A stretch of DNA of 64,000 nt from Camelus ferus. Lineage: Eukaryota. Under the pieces are notes generated by a model. That model had not been told where the DNA came from and ran no database searches. It was given only the letters and a program-made list of their open reading frames with translations. Below, piece after piece: positions 1 to 13,875 of this stretch (positions within the stretch are counted from its first letter, which is position 1; each line of letters opens with the position of its first letter). The stretch is taken from assembly GCF_009834535.1 (NCBI RefSeq), contig NC_045696.1, positions 13,642,001-13,706,000 on the forward strand, read 5' to 3'. The position numbers and the translations under genes are program-made.

Positions 1-1504
1 TTATCTCTATGCCTGCAAGGTCCATGCACCTTGAAAGAGAAGAAGTTAACCTTGGAGGTTAAGTTTACTTACAATTTGATGTCAGTATTGCTCCGTAAGA
101 GCACAATTAATGGGGCAGGGGGGTGGGTGCAAGGGTTGTGGAGATGATCTACCGGGGAGCAAGGTTAATTTGAGTGTTGAAGGTTTTCAGCTTTAGATAA
201 CTCATCTGAAATCATTTTTTACGGAGACTGGTATAGCTCTTCTTTTGTAGGGAGTCAACCATCACATCCAACTATCTCTCATTCAAATTCAAAACATGAC
301 ACCTGTCAAACACAAACTGATTTTTTTTTTCCAAATAAAAGAAGTCACATTAAGATGCTTGCTAATCTTAGAGATCTAAAGTATCTTCCATCACTTTGGA
401 TGAAAACACATGCATATTCCATTTCCAGATGAATAAAATGCAATTTAGCTATGCATAATCAACTGAACCCTGTACCTCCTTCTAATTTCTTAGTTGTTTA
501 TGTTTACAGGAAGCCATTCTCTTCAAGGACACATTTAATAAGGACGGTTTAGGAGGTTGCAGCAAAGCGCTGTGCGGAACAGGAAGTGTGAGGGGATTTC
601 AATTTAGATACGTATTCAGTTGGGTCTGTGATTACGGAAGGTACCAGAAGGCAGCTCCCCTTACAAATCAAGCATAGACATTTGTTTCCTAGTCCTCTAG
701 GTGTGGCTTTTGATTTATGAAGAAAGTATACCATGGATTTGCCTAGCACCCCATCAGGGAGCGGCTCTGCTCCTCATCAAGGCAAAATTCACCACTGGGA
801 AAAATACATATTTCTGTGTGCTTGAAAGAATGAATATTTTAGTTAGTTACCAGTACTAGCTTGGAGGATGTGGTGCATATGAACTATTCCAGTGTAATCA
901 GGATTGAAGCTTGTCAGAGCTTGAGAAATTTTGTTTTTTCTTTTTAATGTTACAGGTGGTTTAGATCTCTTATAAACACTTACATGTGAACTCCAGAAAG
1001 TCTTGAGAAACTACAGAAATTTTATGATAGATACAGGCAGATCCTTCACTCACTGAGGACTCAGATACAGTCAGTATCAATGAACTATCAGTAATTACAA
1101 CGTGTAGGGAAACAATCTTTCCATAACATTGCATTCTCTACTTCCTGCAAACCAAATCACAGACATATGCATTCAGTATTGAATTACTTTTGTAAAGTGC
1201 TTTCTTCTCTGACACACTATTTAAATTTTTCTTAACAGTGACAGCTTAACTGTTTTGAAATATTATTTTTATTGCTGCCTCATTCAGCTCTGTCAGCTAT
1301 CAAAATATGTCCTTCTCACCCACCTCTGCTCTGTTACACTAGAATATTAGCCCCCGAGGGAACATCAATAAATTCTTCCTCCAGAATAGCAGGTATTTAA
1401 AGGCTCAACCACGAAGGAGAGAAAGCCCATGCAGGCAAAACCACACAGTAAGATCCTGTATTTGAAGGAAGTTCCCATACTGTAAGGTCCCACTCACACC
1501 GATT

Positions 1505-1526
1505 GATAGATAAATAGGTAGGTAGG

Positions 1527-1576
<50 letters not shown>
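1505..1576. repeat. (TAGG)n/(TAGA)n tetranucleotide microsatellite
   Basis: Directly visible run of taggtaggtaggtagatagataga... Confidence 0.97.
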
Positions 1577-1577
<1 letters not shown>

Positions 1578-1724
1578 AAATTAGAATCTATGAAACAAAG
1601 ACTTTTTCAGGATTTGGCAACTTTTCCAAGGTGCCTGGCCAAGTACTTCTTAGAAGTAATGACTCAAAAGAATGGCATAGGCTGAGGCTGATGGAGGAAA
1701 AAGTGAGTAAAACAAAGCTAAAGC

Positions 1725-1880
1725 TAGTGTTTGCAAACTTTCATGTGAAGAAATCCGTGGGAGCCGTGTTAAAATGCAGGTTCTGACCGAGTTTAGGTGG
1801 GGAGGCCTGAGAGCCTGCATTTCTAACAAGCTCCCAGGTGCTGCTGATGCTGGGGGTTCAAGGACCACACTGAGTAGCAG
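1725..1880. mobile_element. MER5A-like non-autonomous hAT-Charlie DNA transposon
   Basis: gttaaaatgcag...gcctgagagcctgcatttctaacaagctcccaggtg...ggaccacactgagtagc matches the MER5A consensus pattern. Confidence 0.8.
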
Positions 1881-2056
1881 TTTTCAAATGTGGGTCAGAG
1901 GACTGGAGGAGTGTACCCTCAACCCTGGGGAATAAATAAAAATACAGATTCCTAGGCCCTGCCTTACATGATCCAAGTGAGTAGATCTTGATGAATCTGC
2001 ATTTTTAAAACACTTCCCAGGAGACTGATACAGAGCTAGGTTTGCGGTCTGAACGG
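1881..2056. mobile_element. Second adjacent MER5-family (hAT-Charlie) copy
   Basis: aaaaatacagattcctaggccc...gaatctgcatttttaaaacacttcccagg. Confidence 0.65.
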
Positions 2057-2289
2057 GATAAGATTTTCTCCAGTGAGCAGCTGGCAAATGAGATGGCAGC
2101 TCATATGTCTGTAATTATAATCAACTAACTGTTGAAAAACAGGGAGGGGGAGAATTAGGCTATACCTTCGAGATGAAAGGTTGAAGAACATGGGCTCGAT
2201 GGAGAAGAGACACTATGAACTATCAGAAAAGGTCTCTGTCTTTGATAAGCTGAAGCTCTTAGCTCAGAAATAAAATAGTGTGAATTGAA

Positions 2290-2470
2290 CCCGGTATATT
2301 CCAGGCACTTTATGTTCGTGTTCCCATTAAATCCTCACATCATCTTGAGAGGTAAGTAATGTTATCTTCATTTCACAGTTAAGGAACCAAGAAAAGGACT
2401 ATTAAGTCAATTGCAAGAGGTCATAAAACTGAGGAGAGGAGCATTGGGATAGGAACACAGGCTTCTCTGA
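2290..2470 (-). mobile_element. MIR SINE fragment
   Basis: Reverse-complement MIR core: aaatcctcacatcatcttgagaggtaagtaatgttatcttcatttcacagttaaggaa. Confidence 0.7.
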
Positions 2471-3057
2471 CAGTCATCTTGTGTTTGTGACCTGAGGTCC
2501 ACGCAAGCTTTAAGACTGGTGAGCCAGGATGGTGCAAAGACAAAGTCAATATTTTTGAAACTTTGCAAATTGTCGATGTGTATTATTTCTGGTGCTCTAT
2601 AACAGTAATGGTAAAAGGGTAAAATCTTGAGAAATTGTTTACAAGCTGGTGTGAATGAATATATTTGGACATAAAAGGATTAAAGAGAAATACTCTCTGA
2701 GCTGCCTCAGCTTATTTGTGGTCATGGTGGTGATAGCAGAAGTGTTTCATGGAACTCACGTGGTAGTTGAATGTCTTTCCCCCTCCCCTCCCCTCTGTGC
2801 AAGTCATGCATCTCTACATGGCTACAGCTTGATAGAAAGAAATCAATGTAGCAGACAGCAGTCACCATGATAAAGCAAGACATTTAAAAGTATGCCCTTC
2901 TGACATCAACACGTAAGTCTGCAGGCATTTAGACGAGAACACCAAGAGAGCAATCCTCTCAGTAAACAAGGAAAGGCTTGGTATACAGTGATCCTTGAAT
3001 ACTAATATGCGTATTTCCTTTTTCCTTTTCTGGGGTTAAATATCATTGATTTTAATC

Positions 3058-3307
3058 TTTTTTTTTTATTGAGGTACAGTCAGTTTACAATGTTGTGTCA
3101 AGTTCTGGTGTACAGCACAATGCTTCAGTCATACATGAATATACATATATTCATTTTCATATTCTTTTTCACTGTAAGCTACTATAAGATATTCAGTATA
3201 TTTCCCTGTTCTGTACAGTGTAAATGTGTTTATCTATTTTATATATATCAATCAGTATCTGCAAATCTCGAACTCCCAGTTTTTCCCTTCCCACCCCCCT
3301 CTCCCCA
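3058..3307 (-). mobile_element. Young L1 3' end (artiodactyl/camelid type) with poly(A) tail
   Basis: Poly-T followed by attgaggtacagtcagtttacaatgttgtgtcaagttctggtgtacagc, the reverse complement of an ungulate L1 3' UTR. Confidence 0.85.
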
Positions 3308-3586
3308 ATATGCATATTGATTAATAATTTTTTGTTGCAATTCTCAGTAAGAATCTCAGTATAAGTTAAGGAAGCCTTAGAACTCAGAAGTGGATCCTAC
3401 TGGCTAGATGCTCATTCAGTCATCCAGTGGATGGTCCTCTTGGTTCTTTGATGTGATATAAGAGGAGAAAAAGAATTTTCTCTCTTATTCAGTGAGAGCT
3501 ACATAAAACAACAATTTTTTAAAAATCATATTTTTCTTTTACTACATAGTTCATGCTTTTCATTACAAACTTGATTCAAAACTAAA

Positions 3587-3822
3587 TGTTAGTGGTGAGG
3601 AGTGTGGATTTTGGAGCCAGAATATCTGCCTTTGAATCCCAGCTCCACCCCTCCCTAGCTGTGTGACCCAGAACACCGTACTTAGTCTCAGCTTTTCCAT
3701 TTGGAAAATGTGCTTAAGAGTAGTAAGTTGAATTATGCTGTTGTGAGAATCAAATACGTTAATATCTGTAAAACGTTTTGAACAGTGCCTGCCCATGGTA
3801 TAAGTGGTGCGTAAAATGTGAG
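3587..3822 (+). mobile_element. Near full-length MIR SINE
   Basis: tRNA-like head (tagtggt...ggagccaga...ttgaatcccagctc), core ctcagcttttccatttggaaaatg and 3' tail aacagtgcctgccc. Confidence 0.85.
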
Positions 3823-5084
3823 ACACCAGGAGAACAACTGGTGTGAAGCTGCCAGGCACCATCGTGCACAGGAAGGCAGTCCCTGCCCCGAGGGGTGTGT
3901 ATAACTTTGAAAAATAGCTTCTGTTCCTTCCATAGCACCCGTATCATGGTTTGACAACCTGAATAAATGCCATTTGCCCTTTGGATGTGAGTATTTAGGA
4001 TATAGTAATAAGGAAATGTGCATTTTATAGCAAAAAGTGAAATATACTTTTATTTGGTAAGAGGCTATCTTTAGTGACAGAAGTGGGGTATTGGTGGGGG
4101 ATGGAAGACACACTCGAATTATGTTTCAGTAAAGCTTTAAGTTCTACCCAGCTGCCAACAAAATAATTGAACACAGAAGTGATTGATTCAACATGGATAG
4201 CATCGGTCCTTGTCTGAGCTAACTCATTATTCCTGCCCATTTTATTTAGCATAGGCATTTTTTCTTGTAATACTGGTCTGTCTTGTAGGGTCCCCAAGAG
4301 CACACTGAATAAAATTTAAGTCATGGTGACACTGACCCCTTTCTACTAGTCTTTGGAAAGTCTCAATATTCTCCTTGGAGAATAAGAATACAGATAACTG
4401 CCTATTTCAAAGACTTGCTGCAGAGATCAATTACTTACTGCTTTTGCAAGTCTCTCTGAAGATTAAGTGCTTTTCCAGGTGTTATTAGGCATCCTAGAAA
4501 CATTCCCTTAAAACACTCAGACTCACAATGACCAGTTGTAAAATACATGAGCCTCAAATACACACAGGCCTTACCATCCTCTCCCATCTCTGGACACAAT
4601 TATCTCCAAGATAACAATTCTTTGATTTATAGGTATGACCTGGAAAAACAGGGAAAAGCAGCCAGTTGAAACCTTATTTAAACTTAGCCAGCATTAGTCA
4701 TTCAACATAAAGCACTGGGCTCTGATGTTTAGCATCAAATGGAGAATAATCCTGTAATCTGATCCTCCAGTTTAAAACCTAATTTGTGAGACTGGATGTC
4801 AGAAGTACACGTTTCCACAATTGAAATGTCAAATCAGTGGCAGTAAAACATTTTTCTTCCTCAGATTATTTCTTAAATAAATCTTACGAGGAAGCTCAGT
4901 ACTTAAAAGAGGCATACTTGTCGTGGTTCTGATTGGAGCAGTGGGGTTTGACACTGGGATTCCTACCTGCCAACATCTCCATTTGAAAAAAACTCCAAAA
5001 AAGCACAATTTGAAAAACCACTGATTTCATTAACAATTCAGGGCACTGCGGATGAAATGCTGTGATCTTGTAGAGGATTTCAGT

Positions 5085-5232
5085 AAACACTATTGATTGC
5101 CTTCCCAACATCCATTCTCCATCTTCCACCTCCTAACGGGGTCTAAGGTTCAGTTCCCCTTTCCTCCAGGTACCCGTCGCCTCTGGAGACCCTGCTCTAC
5201 CTCTAATTCTAAAGAGTGATTCCTGATTGGCC
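5085..5232 (+). mobile_element. ERVL-MaLR LTR (MLT1J/K/L-like), 5' part
   Basis: tgccttcccaacatccattctcc...cctaac...tcctgattgg; the element resumes after the Charlie insertion. Confidence 0.6.
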
Positions 5233-6710
5233 CAGAGATTCTCAAACTGTTTGTCTCCAGATGCCTTTATACCCACAAAGATTGAGGACCCCAAAGAGCT
5301 CTTGGTTTATAGCTACCAAAATATAACATAATAGAAATTAAAACTGAGAAATGTTGAAAATATTTATTAAATAGATTCATCAAATATTTATTTAAAATAA
5401 CAAAATAAGGTCATTATCATTACATTAACATGAATAATATATTTTATAAAAATTGCTACATCTTCCAAAACAAAAACAATGAAAGAGTGGCATTGTTTCA
5501 TATTTTTACAGGTCTCCTTAATGTTTGTCTTAATAGAGGAGAGCTAGATTCTCTCATCTGCCTTGCATTCAATTTGACATATTATGTTATCTTGTTCGAA
5601 GAATGTGAAAAAAAAAACTGTCTATTTGATTGCTGGGAAGGAAAGCATGTTTAATACCTTCTTCATATAATTGTGGGTATTCTTCTTTGATAAAACCAAA
5701 ACTTAACAAGCAGTCATTTCTTAACAGTAGTGTTGTGGAATTTTAAAACATATTGGCAGACTTTTTGGTCCTGGTTAAATTAAATTCTTTGATTTATATG
5801 CACGAATAATGAATCCTTTACTGATGCATAGTTTTATAACAATATTCTCTGGTCATTTAGCAAATGTTGATTCAGCGAATTATGCAGATCTTCTAAATTT
5901 TGACACATTTCATTTTATAGTATCAAAAAATCACATTTATTAACATCATCATCAATCTCATCAAAAGAGTCTTTAAGTGTCAGGAAACTGTACAGCTCAT
6001 GGTAACAGAACATAATTTTCTCAAATTCCCATTTTTGCTTGGAAGCTCATTTTATCATTGGCAACAAATAGTGCCCGTTGTTTTCCTTGAAGTCACAGAT
6101 TCAGTTTGTTCTTTTCCTAAATAATATCTGAAAGTACCCAACTCTGAATAATTACGATGTGTCCGTCAGATTTCATTCAAGGAAAAATGTTGTTCTATGG
6201 AAATAGTGGCTGATTCAGCTCATAACTCAAACAACTGCGTTTAAAACTGTTCCTAAACATGAACACCATGCCTTGGGCCACAACAGAAGTGCCTTAACTA
6301 TACTGACCATTTTGTCACACAAGATAAGTACGGAAACATATACAAGTAAAAAGTCTTTTTGTTGAGATACAGTGGATGTAGAGAAATATAATAAATTAAT
6401 AATTTTTACTGCTTCATCAAGGACATTTTTAAGTGAAACAAACTCTTAACTTATTTGTCTAATTCTGTATGTCTATGTGGTGGTGAGGAATCTAGTGACT
6501 GCTGGTACAGTTTGGTGCCACTGCTTGATTGGTGTTAAGGCACCATCTGTTTATCCACTGTTGCCTTTGCATGATCAGTGCAAATTTCAACAACACAAAA
6601 AAGGCAAATAGCACTGCAATGTTTCTTGACATTAGTTTTCATTTTGCCAAGACCCTAAAAGAATCTGGGGGATAGCCAGGAGTCCGTAAGCCACACATTA
6701 TGGACGGCTG
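5233..6710. mobile_element. Charlie1a-like hAT DNA transposon (about 1.48 kb, non-coding)
   Basis: Starts cagagattctcaaactg...attgaggaccccaaagagctc...agaaattaaaactgagaaa, ends ccacacattatggacggctg (CAG...CTG termini); length fits Charlie1a. Confidence 0.8.
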
Positions 6711-7131
6711 GTCTAAGCTAATTTGTGAGCATCTTAGTCTCAGGCCAGTGATTGGTACAGAATTCAACTCTGGCCAGTGAGATATAAAAGACGTATGCTT
6801 AGAGTATCCTTGAAAGGTCCCCTGGCTCATAGAAAGACATATTGGTAGAGGCAGCCCTCTCCTCCTTTTGGATTTTGTTACATCTTTATGCGGCACCTTG
6901 AACTGTGGTAGCCGCCTCACCATGGAATCAATTGGGCTGTGAGGAGGTCATCGTAAACAGAATGACAGAGCTTAAAACACAGAAGGAACCTTGATCCTTG
7001 ATAGTATGTGAAGTCACTGAAATAAGTCACCCCAGAGCCATTCTGTCTCTGAACGTCTTGCTTTGGAATTTAGTGAATTTCCTTTTTGGTTTTCTCATCA
7101 CTTGTAATCAGAACTATCTCAATTAATACTA
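6711..7131 (+). mobile_element. ERVL-MaLR LTR (MLT1J/K/L-like), 3' part
   Basis: gtctaagctaat...ggccagtgattgg...aaggaaccttgatccttgat...tcacttgtaatcagaactatctcaattaatac, a typical MLT1 3' end. Confidence 0.65.
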
Positions 7132-10100
7132 AGATACATTTTCTTATTTTGAATTTGGCTGGGGCCACATTATGAGTGAAAGAGGCATAATCCATTAACT
7201 AGCAAGGGGAAAATGTCAGGGTTTATGTAATGCTCCCTTTACTGTTATGCAAGAAAACAAATAAGTGATAGTTACAACATTCTGAAGTTTAAAAATGGAG
7301 CTTATTTGAGCAGATGGTCCTCCTTATAACATCCAGCTGGCTAGAGTTTCTTTAGAGGGCACCATGTTCTCTCTACTAAACAGATTAAATATGTCACAAG
7401 AACATCAGGGCAAAAATAAAAATGACAAACCTATAAAATTAGGTTTCACTGACCTAAGTCAGAGGTATTTAGGTGCCCCCTTTCTGAACATACTAAATAC
7501 TTTTTCTACAAGGGAGTTAATTAATAAAGTAAATGCAGTCATTTCCTGTGGTACTTTTTGTCGCGTATTAAAATTGGATGCGGCCCAGGCAAACTGTGAA
7601 AAAAGAGCAAGTATGGGAATGCTAAAATGTGTTTTAGGTGAAAATATCATTTTAGCAAAAATGTTGTAGATCACAACTTCCCAACTGTCTGTCATTAGCC
7701 AGTAATTTATTTCAAATATTTATCTAAAGTATCAGAGAAGCAAAACCATACCACAAATTATAAAACACATGATGACATTTTGAATTACCATTTTAGTATT
7801 GCTTCCATCTCTCAAGGAAAGAAGAGCAATCAGCAAACCATGTGACCAAACCTGCTTCCCATACGTTTTTTTCAGAAACCAGGATTACTACATGCAAATG
7901 AGACAGAAGATGCTTTTAAAATAATCTTCAACTTTGTTATTAAAATGTGGCTCATCAAGTGTCATTACTAATTACCTAAAGATTTAATATGTGAATCACC
8001 CTTGAACATACTTTGTAGCTACAGGGTTCTAATTTTTTTTCCTTCTTTTTTATTACCTTATATATTTAAAAAATATAATATATAGACCAGCCACTTTCCA
8101 TGAGAATAATCACAAAATTGTGGAATTACATCTGACTGTTAAAAAATAAGAATACATTATCCATGAAATATATTTTAGAGAGATTAATATATTTAATATG
8201 TATGCTAACTCTGAAGACTTCCAAGATTAATAAATAAGATATTCCCTATGCCTTCTTTCCTTCTTATGTAGAAATGTACATTTTAGGGGGTGTCATTTTG
8301 TGTTCATCTATAAAATGAGAGAATTGGTTGCCCATTAGAACCCACTTCTGCTTAATAATCTTTTGTATTTCACTAGCAAGCGAGTTGAAAGCTAATTCTC
8401 ATTTCAAGATTCAGTTCCTCTTACAAAAATCTAACAAACTGGTGCACACTGAGATACAATTAGTAATCAAAGCATGAGGATGTCAGCTACACTAGAAATA
8501 TAATGAACAAAGCTACAGATAATTTTTATATTAGCCTTAATTCTTTCTTGTGTTAATCAAGTTACTTAGTAATGTGTTAAGCTCCAACCTCACCTCTCAG
8601 TGTTCTGAAAAAAGGGGAGGTGGAAACTAAATTTGTACAGAATTGACCATGTGTATGGAATTCTACACAAACTACCTCATTTATTCCCCCAAATGACCCT
8701 GTGAGGCCACCATAATTTCTGATAGAAAGTCTTTGATGTAGGCCATGGTGAAAGACATTGAAGAGGAAAAGTCTGCTGCTTTAAGTATAAAAGAGTAAAA
8801 TAACTTAGAAAAAATCCAGGCCAGGGAGCTGAAGGCTTAAGAAGGCTTAGGAGAGACTGTTATAGCTTCTAAATCACTAAACTTGTCCTGCTTTCTTCTG
8901 CTTTACACTATAAATTTGCGTGTTTTAGAAGATAAAAATAATACTCCTCTACTGCAAAAAAAGAAAAAGAAAACTTTCGAACAGGACAAAACTCCCTCTC
9001 CTCCTCCCTAAAAAAAAAAACAAAAACCTCACCTATATTTTGGGCACAGCCGAACCTAAAAATAATACTAATAACTTAGGAATAAGTTATTGTCCCTCTG
9101 GCTAGAAAGTGTTCGAAGATTTTTTGATTCTGTTTCTCATGAAGAAAATACAATCTTACTGAGAATCTCATGTGGCTTTTTGGTCCTGAATATAACAGGA
9201 AAACAAACCTAACTATTAGTCAAACAGTCTTTGCCTGAATTACTTTTGTCCTTAACTACCCATCCAGTCAGTAAAATAAATGGGTCTGGAGTAAGGGGGG
9301 AACCCCCGGTGGTTGCGCCCTGGCCCCTGAAGGCTCTAATGTGCTTGGGTCCCCAGTTCTGGGAGGGAGTAGCTGCAACGTTCTACTCAAGGCCAGCCAA
9401 GCTCCACAACACGCTGTTTATTGTTACTTGAAAACTCATTTCTTCTTACATCTAGTTCCTGATCGTTTGGTATGTCTATTTTTAAAAAGCGATCACTTTT
9501 CCAAAAAAAATGTACAAAAGTAACTCCTGTCAAATTATATAAACTCTTGTCTCATCCAGACCTTTTTTTTTTTTTTCTTCTAAACCTTGTTACCTTCCTC
9601 CCTCCACACGCAGTGTGGCTCTCTAAATAATCCTGCCAATCGCCAACGGGGTCTCTACAACTATCCTTCACAGTATTGGCACAATCATCTTTCAGTCATG
9701 TCGACACACAACACATTTCTCTCCAGAAAGATGTTTGGCTTTCTCAGCCTTGTCATCAAACCAACATGGAGCGCTTCCTTTATTCCAGCCCCATCTGCTC
9801 TACCTCCAGCTTCCACTGGAGGCTTACTCTTCCCTACGGGTTGTTCTCTGACTTAGTGCTTCATCCAGAAGGCCATTTTGGCATAGCTTCCTGTCCTTCG
9901 AAGCCAATCTGAATTCCACCTCTGCCAAGAAGTTTCATCCCAGCTGTCCTGAGGGGGCATAGATCTCTCCTTCTCATAATAACACGGTATTTTGTTTACC
10001 TCTCTAATTTAGTATTTACCACGGTCTTCCTTGAGACTGAGCTGTTAATGAGAGTCTTTTCCTATGACGAAGTAGAAGAGGTCGGAGACTGCATAATTTG

Positions 10101-10429
10101 TCCAGATAAACCTCCAAATGCTGAGCACAACCCTTTGCATCTGGTGTCTATAAACAATGGTCTTTGAAATTTTTTTACATTTGGAGTAATCTTACATTGA
10201 GCTTCAAGAACAAGGAAAATAATTTGAAAAGCTTTAGATTTTTTTTTTTTTTTGCACTCATATTGAATAATGCATTCAGACAATCATTTATCAAAGGATA
10301 GGAGTCAAAATGAATTTGGGGACCTGACTCTTTATCATCTCCACCTAGTTTCTATTCACACTCTAAGGAAAGTAAGTAGACTTTTATTTTCCCCGATTTC
10401 TTCCGGCTGCTCATGCTTTAATAATACAT

Positions 10430-10586
10430 CAAAATTGTGACTTATAAACCAGTGGTGATGACATCACATGGAAGCTTGTGAGAAATGCAGAATCTCAGGC
10501 CAAATCAAGACCTACTGGATCAGGACCTGCAGTTTTGTTAAAAATCCCCAGTGATTTTTATGCACATTATGTTTGAGAAGCTCTGC
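10430..10586. mobile_element. MER5A hAT-Charlie element
   Basis: catcacatggaagcttgtgagaaatgcagaatctcaggcc...agacctactg...tttgagaagctctg. Confidence 0.8.
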
Positions 10587-11074
10587 CATCAAACATTCTG
10601 TAAGAAACTCTCCTCCCCTTCCCCTGATTCATCACCCCCACATCCACAAGTCCTGATTGACTTTTGAGGCAATTTCTAGTTTCTGGACCCTTAATCGAGT
10701 TAGTAAACAATTTTTACTTATGTTTTTATTAGATGAGCTGCACTTGGGTATGGGCTGGAGGATCCTTTCATCTTATTAAACCCTGTCCTTTATCTTCAGT
10801 GTTATGGCTACTTATTTCAATTTCAAGGCTCAGTATAAGGTTAAGTAAAACATCCCATCTGTGAAATGAGAATAATCGAGATATTTGAAGTTGTATAATA
10901 CATTTGGGCTTTTCACCCTTCAAGAATTATTTATGTTTTTCTAGGCTTCATGCCTATGAGTTTCATTGCTTCAGTCAAGTAAATGGTGATGTTTTCTTGC
11001 AACTGAATTGTAATAACCAACAAGCTAAACTTACTATGCTTTGTATTATAGGAAATAAAGCATTCACTCAATAC

Positions 11075-11225
11075 CAACTGTGTATCAGGAAGTCAGCTTA
11101 AAATTCTTCTTGTAATCAAGTCGATTTCATTATTTCCATTTCAGAAGTGAGGAAAATCATCTGGATTTTGGGGGTTGGGTGATTTGTTCAAGATCACTTT
11201 TGAGATCATATGTTTGACTTCAAAA
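11075..11225 (-). mobile_element. Degraded MIR fragment
   Basis: attatttccatttcagaagtgaggaaa...gtgatttgttcaagatcac. Confidence 0.5.
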
Positions 11226-11244
11226 TTTATCATCTATCTAGTAC

Positions 11245-11670
11245 ATGCATGCATTCTATGAATACCAATTTATTGAGCACTTAATATTTTCCAGCCACTG
11301 CTCTAGGATTACAGATTAACAGTAAATAAAACAGACATGGATTTTGCCCTCAAAAAGCCTACATCATACTAAGAGAGCTGGAAATAAATTAAAAGCATTT
11401 AGTGAACGAGTTAATGGCATTTATGTTAAATGCTTTCAAGGAGAGTTTCAGGATACAATGAAAATGTACTACTTGGGAACCTAAATTAGTCTGAAGAGCA
11501 GAGAGGATTTTCCTGAACTGTCTTCTGAGTTGAAATCTGAAAAATGAATAGTAATTAACCAGGCAATATGGCCAAGTATGTTGGGGAAGGGCCCTATCTC
11601 AGTAAGATGAACATGCTTAAGTCCCTGGGGCAGAAAGAGACATTGGTCTACCATAACATTGGAAAGGCAG
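11245..11670 (-). mobile_element. L2 LINE 3' end
   Basis: tttattgagcactta...ccagccactgctctagga...acagacatggattttgccctca, reverse complement of the L2 3' end. Confidence 0.8.
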
Positions 11671-11786
11671 TTTTAAATTCTGGGATTTGATTCAAAGTTT
11701 GTGGAATAAAATTCCAGCTTTGCCACTTGCATACTTTGACATTTCTTTTATTTCTAGATTTATTGCAAAGGGGATAAAAACTATCA

Positions 11787-11819
11787 TAACAACAACAACA
11801 ACAACAATCATAACAACAA
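11787..11819. repeat. (AAC)n microsatellite inside a degraded MIR/L2-like segment
   Basis: taacaacaacaacaacaacaatcataacaacaa. Confidence 0.85.
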
Positions 11820-13818
11820 TTCTATAATTGCGACTGCAAAGTGCCTGACATGTAATAGATTCTCTAGAGATAATCATTGAATAAATAAATTGTTATGATG
11901 ATGATCAAATAAGACAAAAAATGAGGAAAAGCCACAATCATTCATTTATTCCTTCATTTATTGATTCTTAATTCAACAAGTGTTTATTGAATTCTTTTTG
12001 TGGGCCCAGTAATAAAAATTTCAACAAAAATCTTTTCATTATATAAATGGTAGTTATTTTTACTATCATAAGTTGTAAAATTAATGACATCCATAAATAT
12101 TAATGAATCATAATTTCCAACACTCTCATGCTTTTTTGAAAGAAGGTTACCATTTGGATAAAAATTTTAATAACCACAAATTTTGAAGTGTTTGACCTTA
12201 GTATTTCCTTCCAGTGTAAGTTTTGGTGATCATTAATCTTGGTTTCCTGTAACCTAGACTTTCCCAAGTGATTGAAAACTGCCTATACTGGTGAATAATC
12301 TGGCGATGTTCTGGGAGGCTGCCATTCAGATAGCCTCCAGCTGAGGAGAGCAGCCAGTCGGCTTTTCATCTCAGGACACCATATTCTCTGCTTCGTGGCT
12401 TCCCCACTAAGGTGACAGGCAACTGGACCAGCAATGAATGCCTGGCTCAACATCACTCGCTGATCCATGAAATGGCTCAGGGGGAAAGCTTCACCGGGCA
12501 CGCTAGACTGGACGTCAACCACTAAAACCAAGTAAAGCCTCTTTTTTGGAAAATGAATTCAGGAGTTACAGAGAATGAGTAATCGGTCAACATGAGTGAA
12601 GAGAATGGAAATGGAGAGAAAAGCTGAGTCATAACATGTATCACTAGAATGAGGCAAAGAGAACATCCATGTTTAAGGGACACATTAATAGAGCTCTGAT
12701 GAAGCCCTAAAAGTTGATGTGAAATGACTGGAGCCACAGATAATTCTAGAAATCTAGTCCTCGAACTGTATTCCAATCTTAAAGAAACTTGGTTATCCAG
12801 CAGCTCTATTTCCCCCGCTAAGAACTATGAGGTAATACTGAATTGTTCAGTTTTCTACATAACTTGAAACAAATGTCGGTTCGTTAAGCTAACAGAATTT
12901 GAGAAAACCTAAGTAGTAAACTATGTTAGATTTAAATTTTTAAATCAAAAGCCAATGTTGCTATGCCTAGTTCTTCAGAAAACACCAGAAGGTGCTTCAG
13001 AGCAATGTGTTTCTGCTGAGATTTCTAATTTTTTTTTCTCAATTCAATTATCATTAGAAAAATGTATGACTGTTACAAATGATTGTTCTAATTCATGAAA
13101 TGTGGTACTAATGGACACTTCATTCTATGCCGTGTATACAAGGAGTGTATACACAGGATTATTTTCCATCAGCAGCACTTGTACCTAAGTCACTTAAACG
13201 GACTGACTTAAACTCTGTTTTCCCTTGGGTAATGGTTACTCACCACTGTAAATCACCAGCAATCACAACAGGTCTTCAGCAAAACCTTAAACTTGTTTCC
13301 ATATATGTCAAATGAAAGATGTTCCATTTTCTTCCCATTATCTCTGAAGCAAAACCCTTGCAATCTGGTTGAAAATGTACACAAATATACACAGACAGTC
13401 AATGTGAGACAAAGCATGAAAATCAGTCTAGTTGTAATTCACAATAGAGGAGTCAGAGTTTACAGACCAAAGACGACGTTTTTTGGCTGGGATAATAACC
13501 AAGGAGGGTTTTTAGGAGGAGATGGCAGTTGAAATCTACCTTGGGCTAAACGTTGAGAATGCTGGGTGGCCAAGGAGGATGAATGTGGAAGGAAGACTGT
13601 GGGAAAATCGGAAAGAAGAGGAATTCATGCTTCAAAGTCCAAGTAAATTGGACAGGTAATTACAAAGATCATATAACTTGAATTTAGAGAGATCCTGATT
13701 ACACAAGATATCATTTATAATAAAGTTACCATAGTCAATCTAAATTTAGATTCTGTTAATAATTTGCACAATTATTTTATATTTCAGTAATGAGGGGAGC
13801 TGTCAATTATAATATTTC

Positions 13819-13875
13819 GCATCATTAATTATAAGATACCTCCTAACTTCAGAGATTTGAAATATGAAAAATATA
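13819..13875. mobile_element. MER104-like TcMar fragment
   Basis: catcattaattataagatacctcctaacttcagagatttgaaatatgaaaaa resembles the MER104 arm; short and degraded. Confidence 0.4.
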
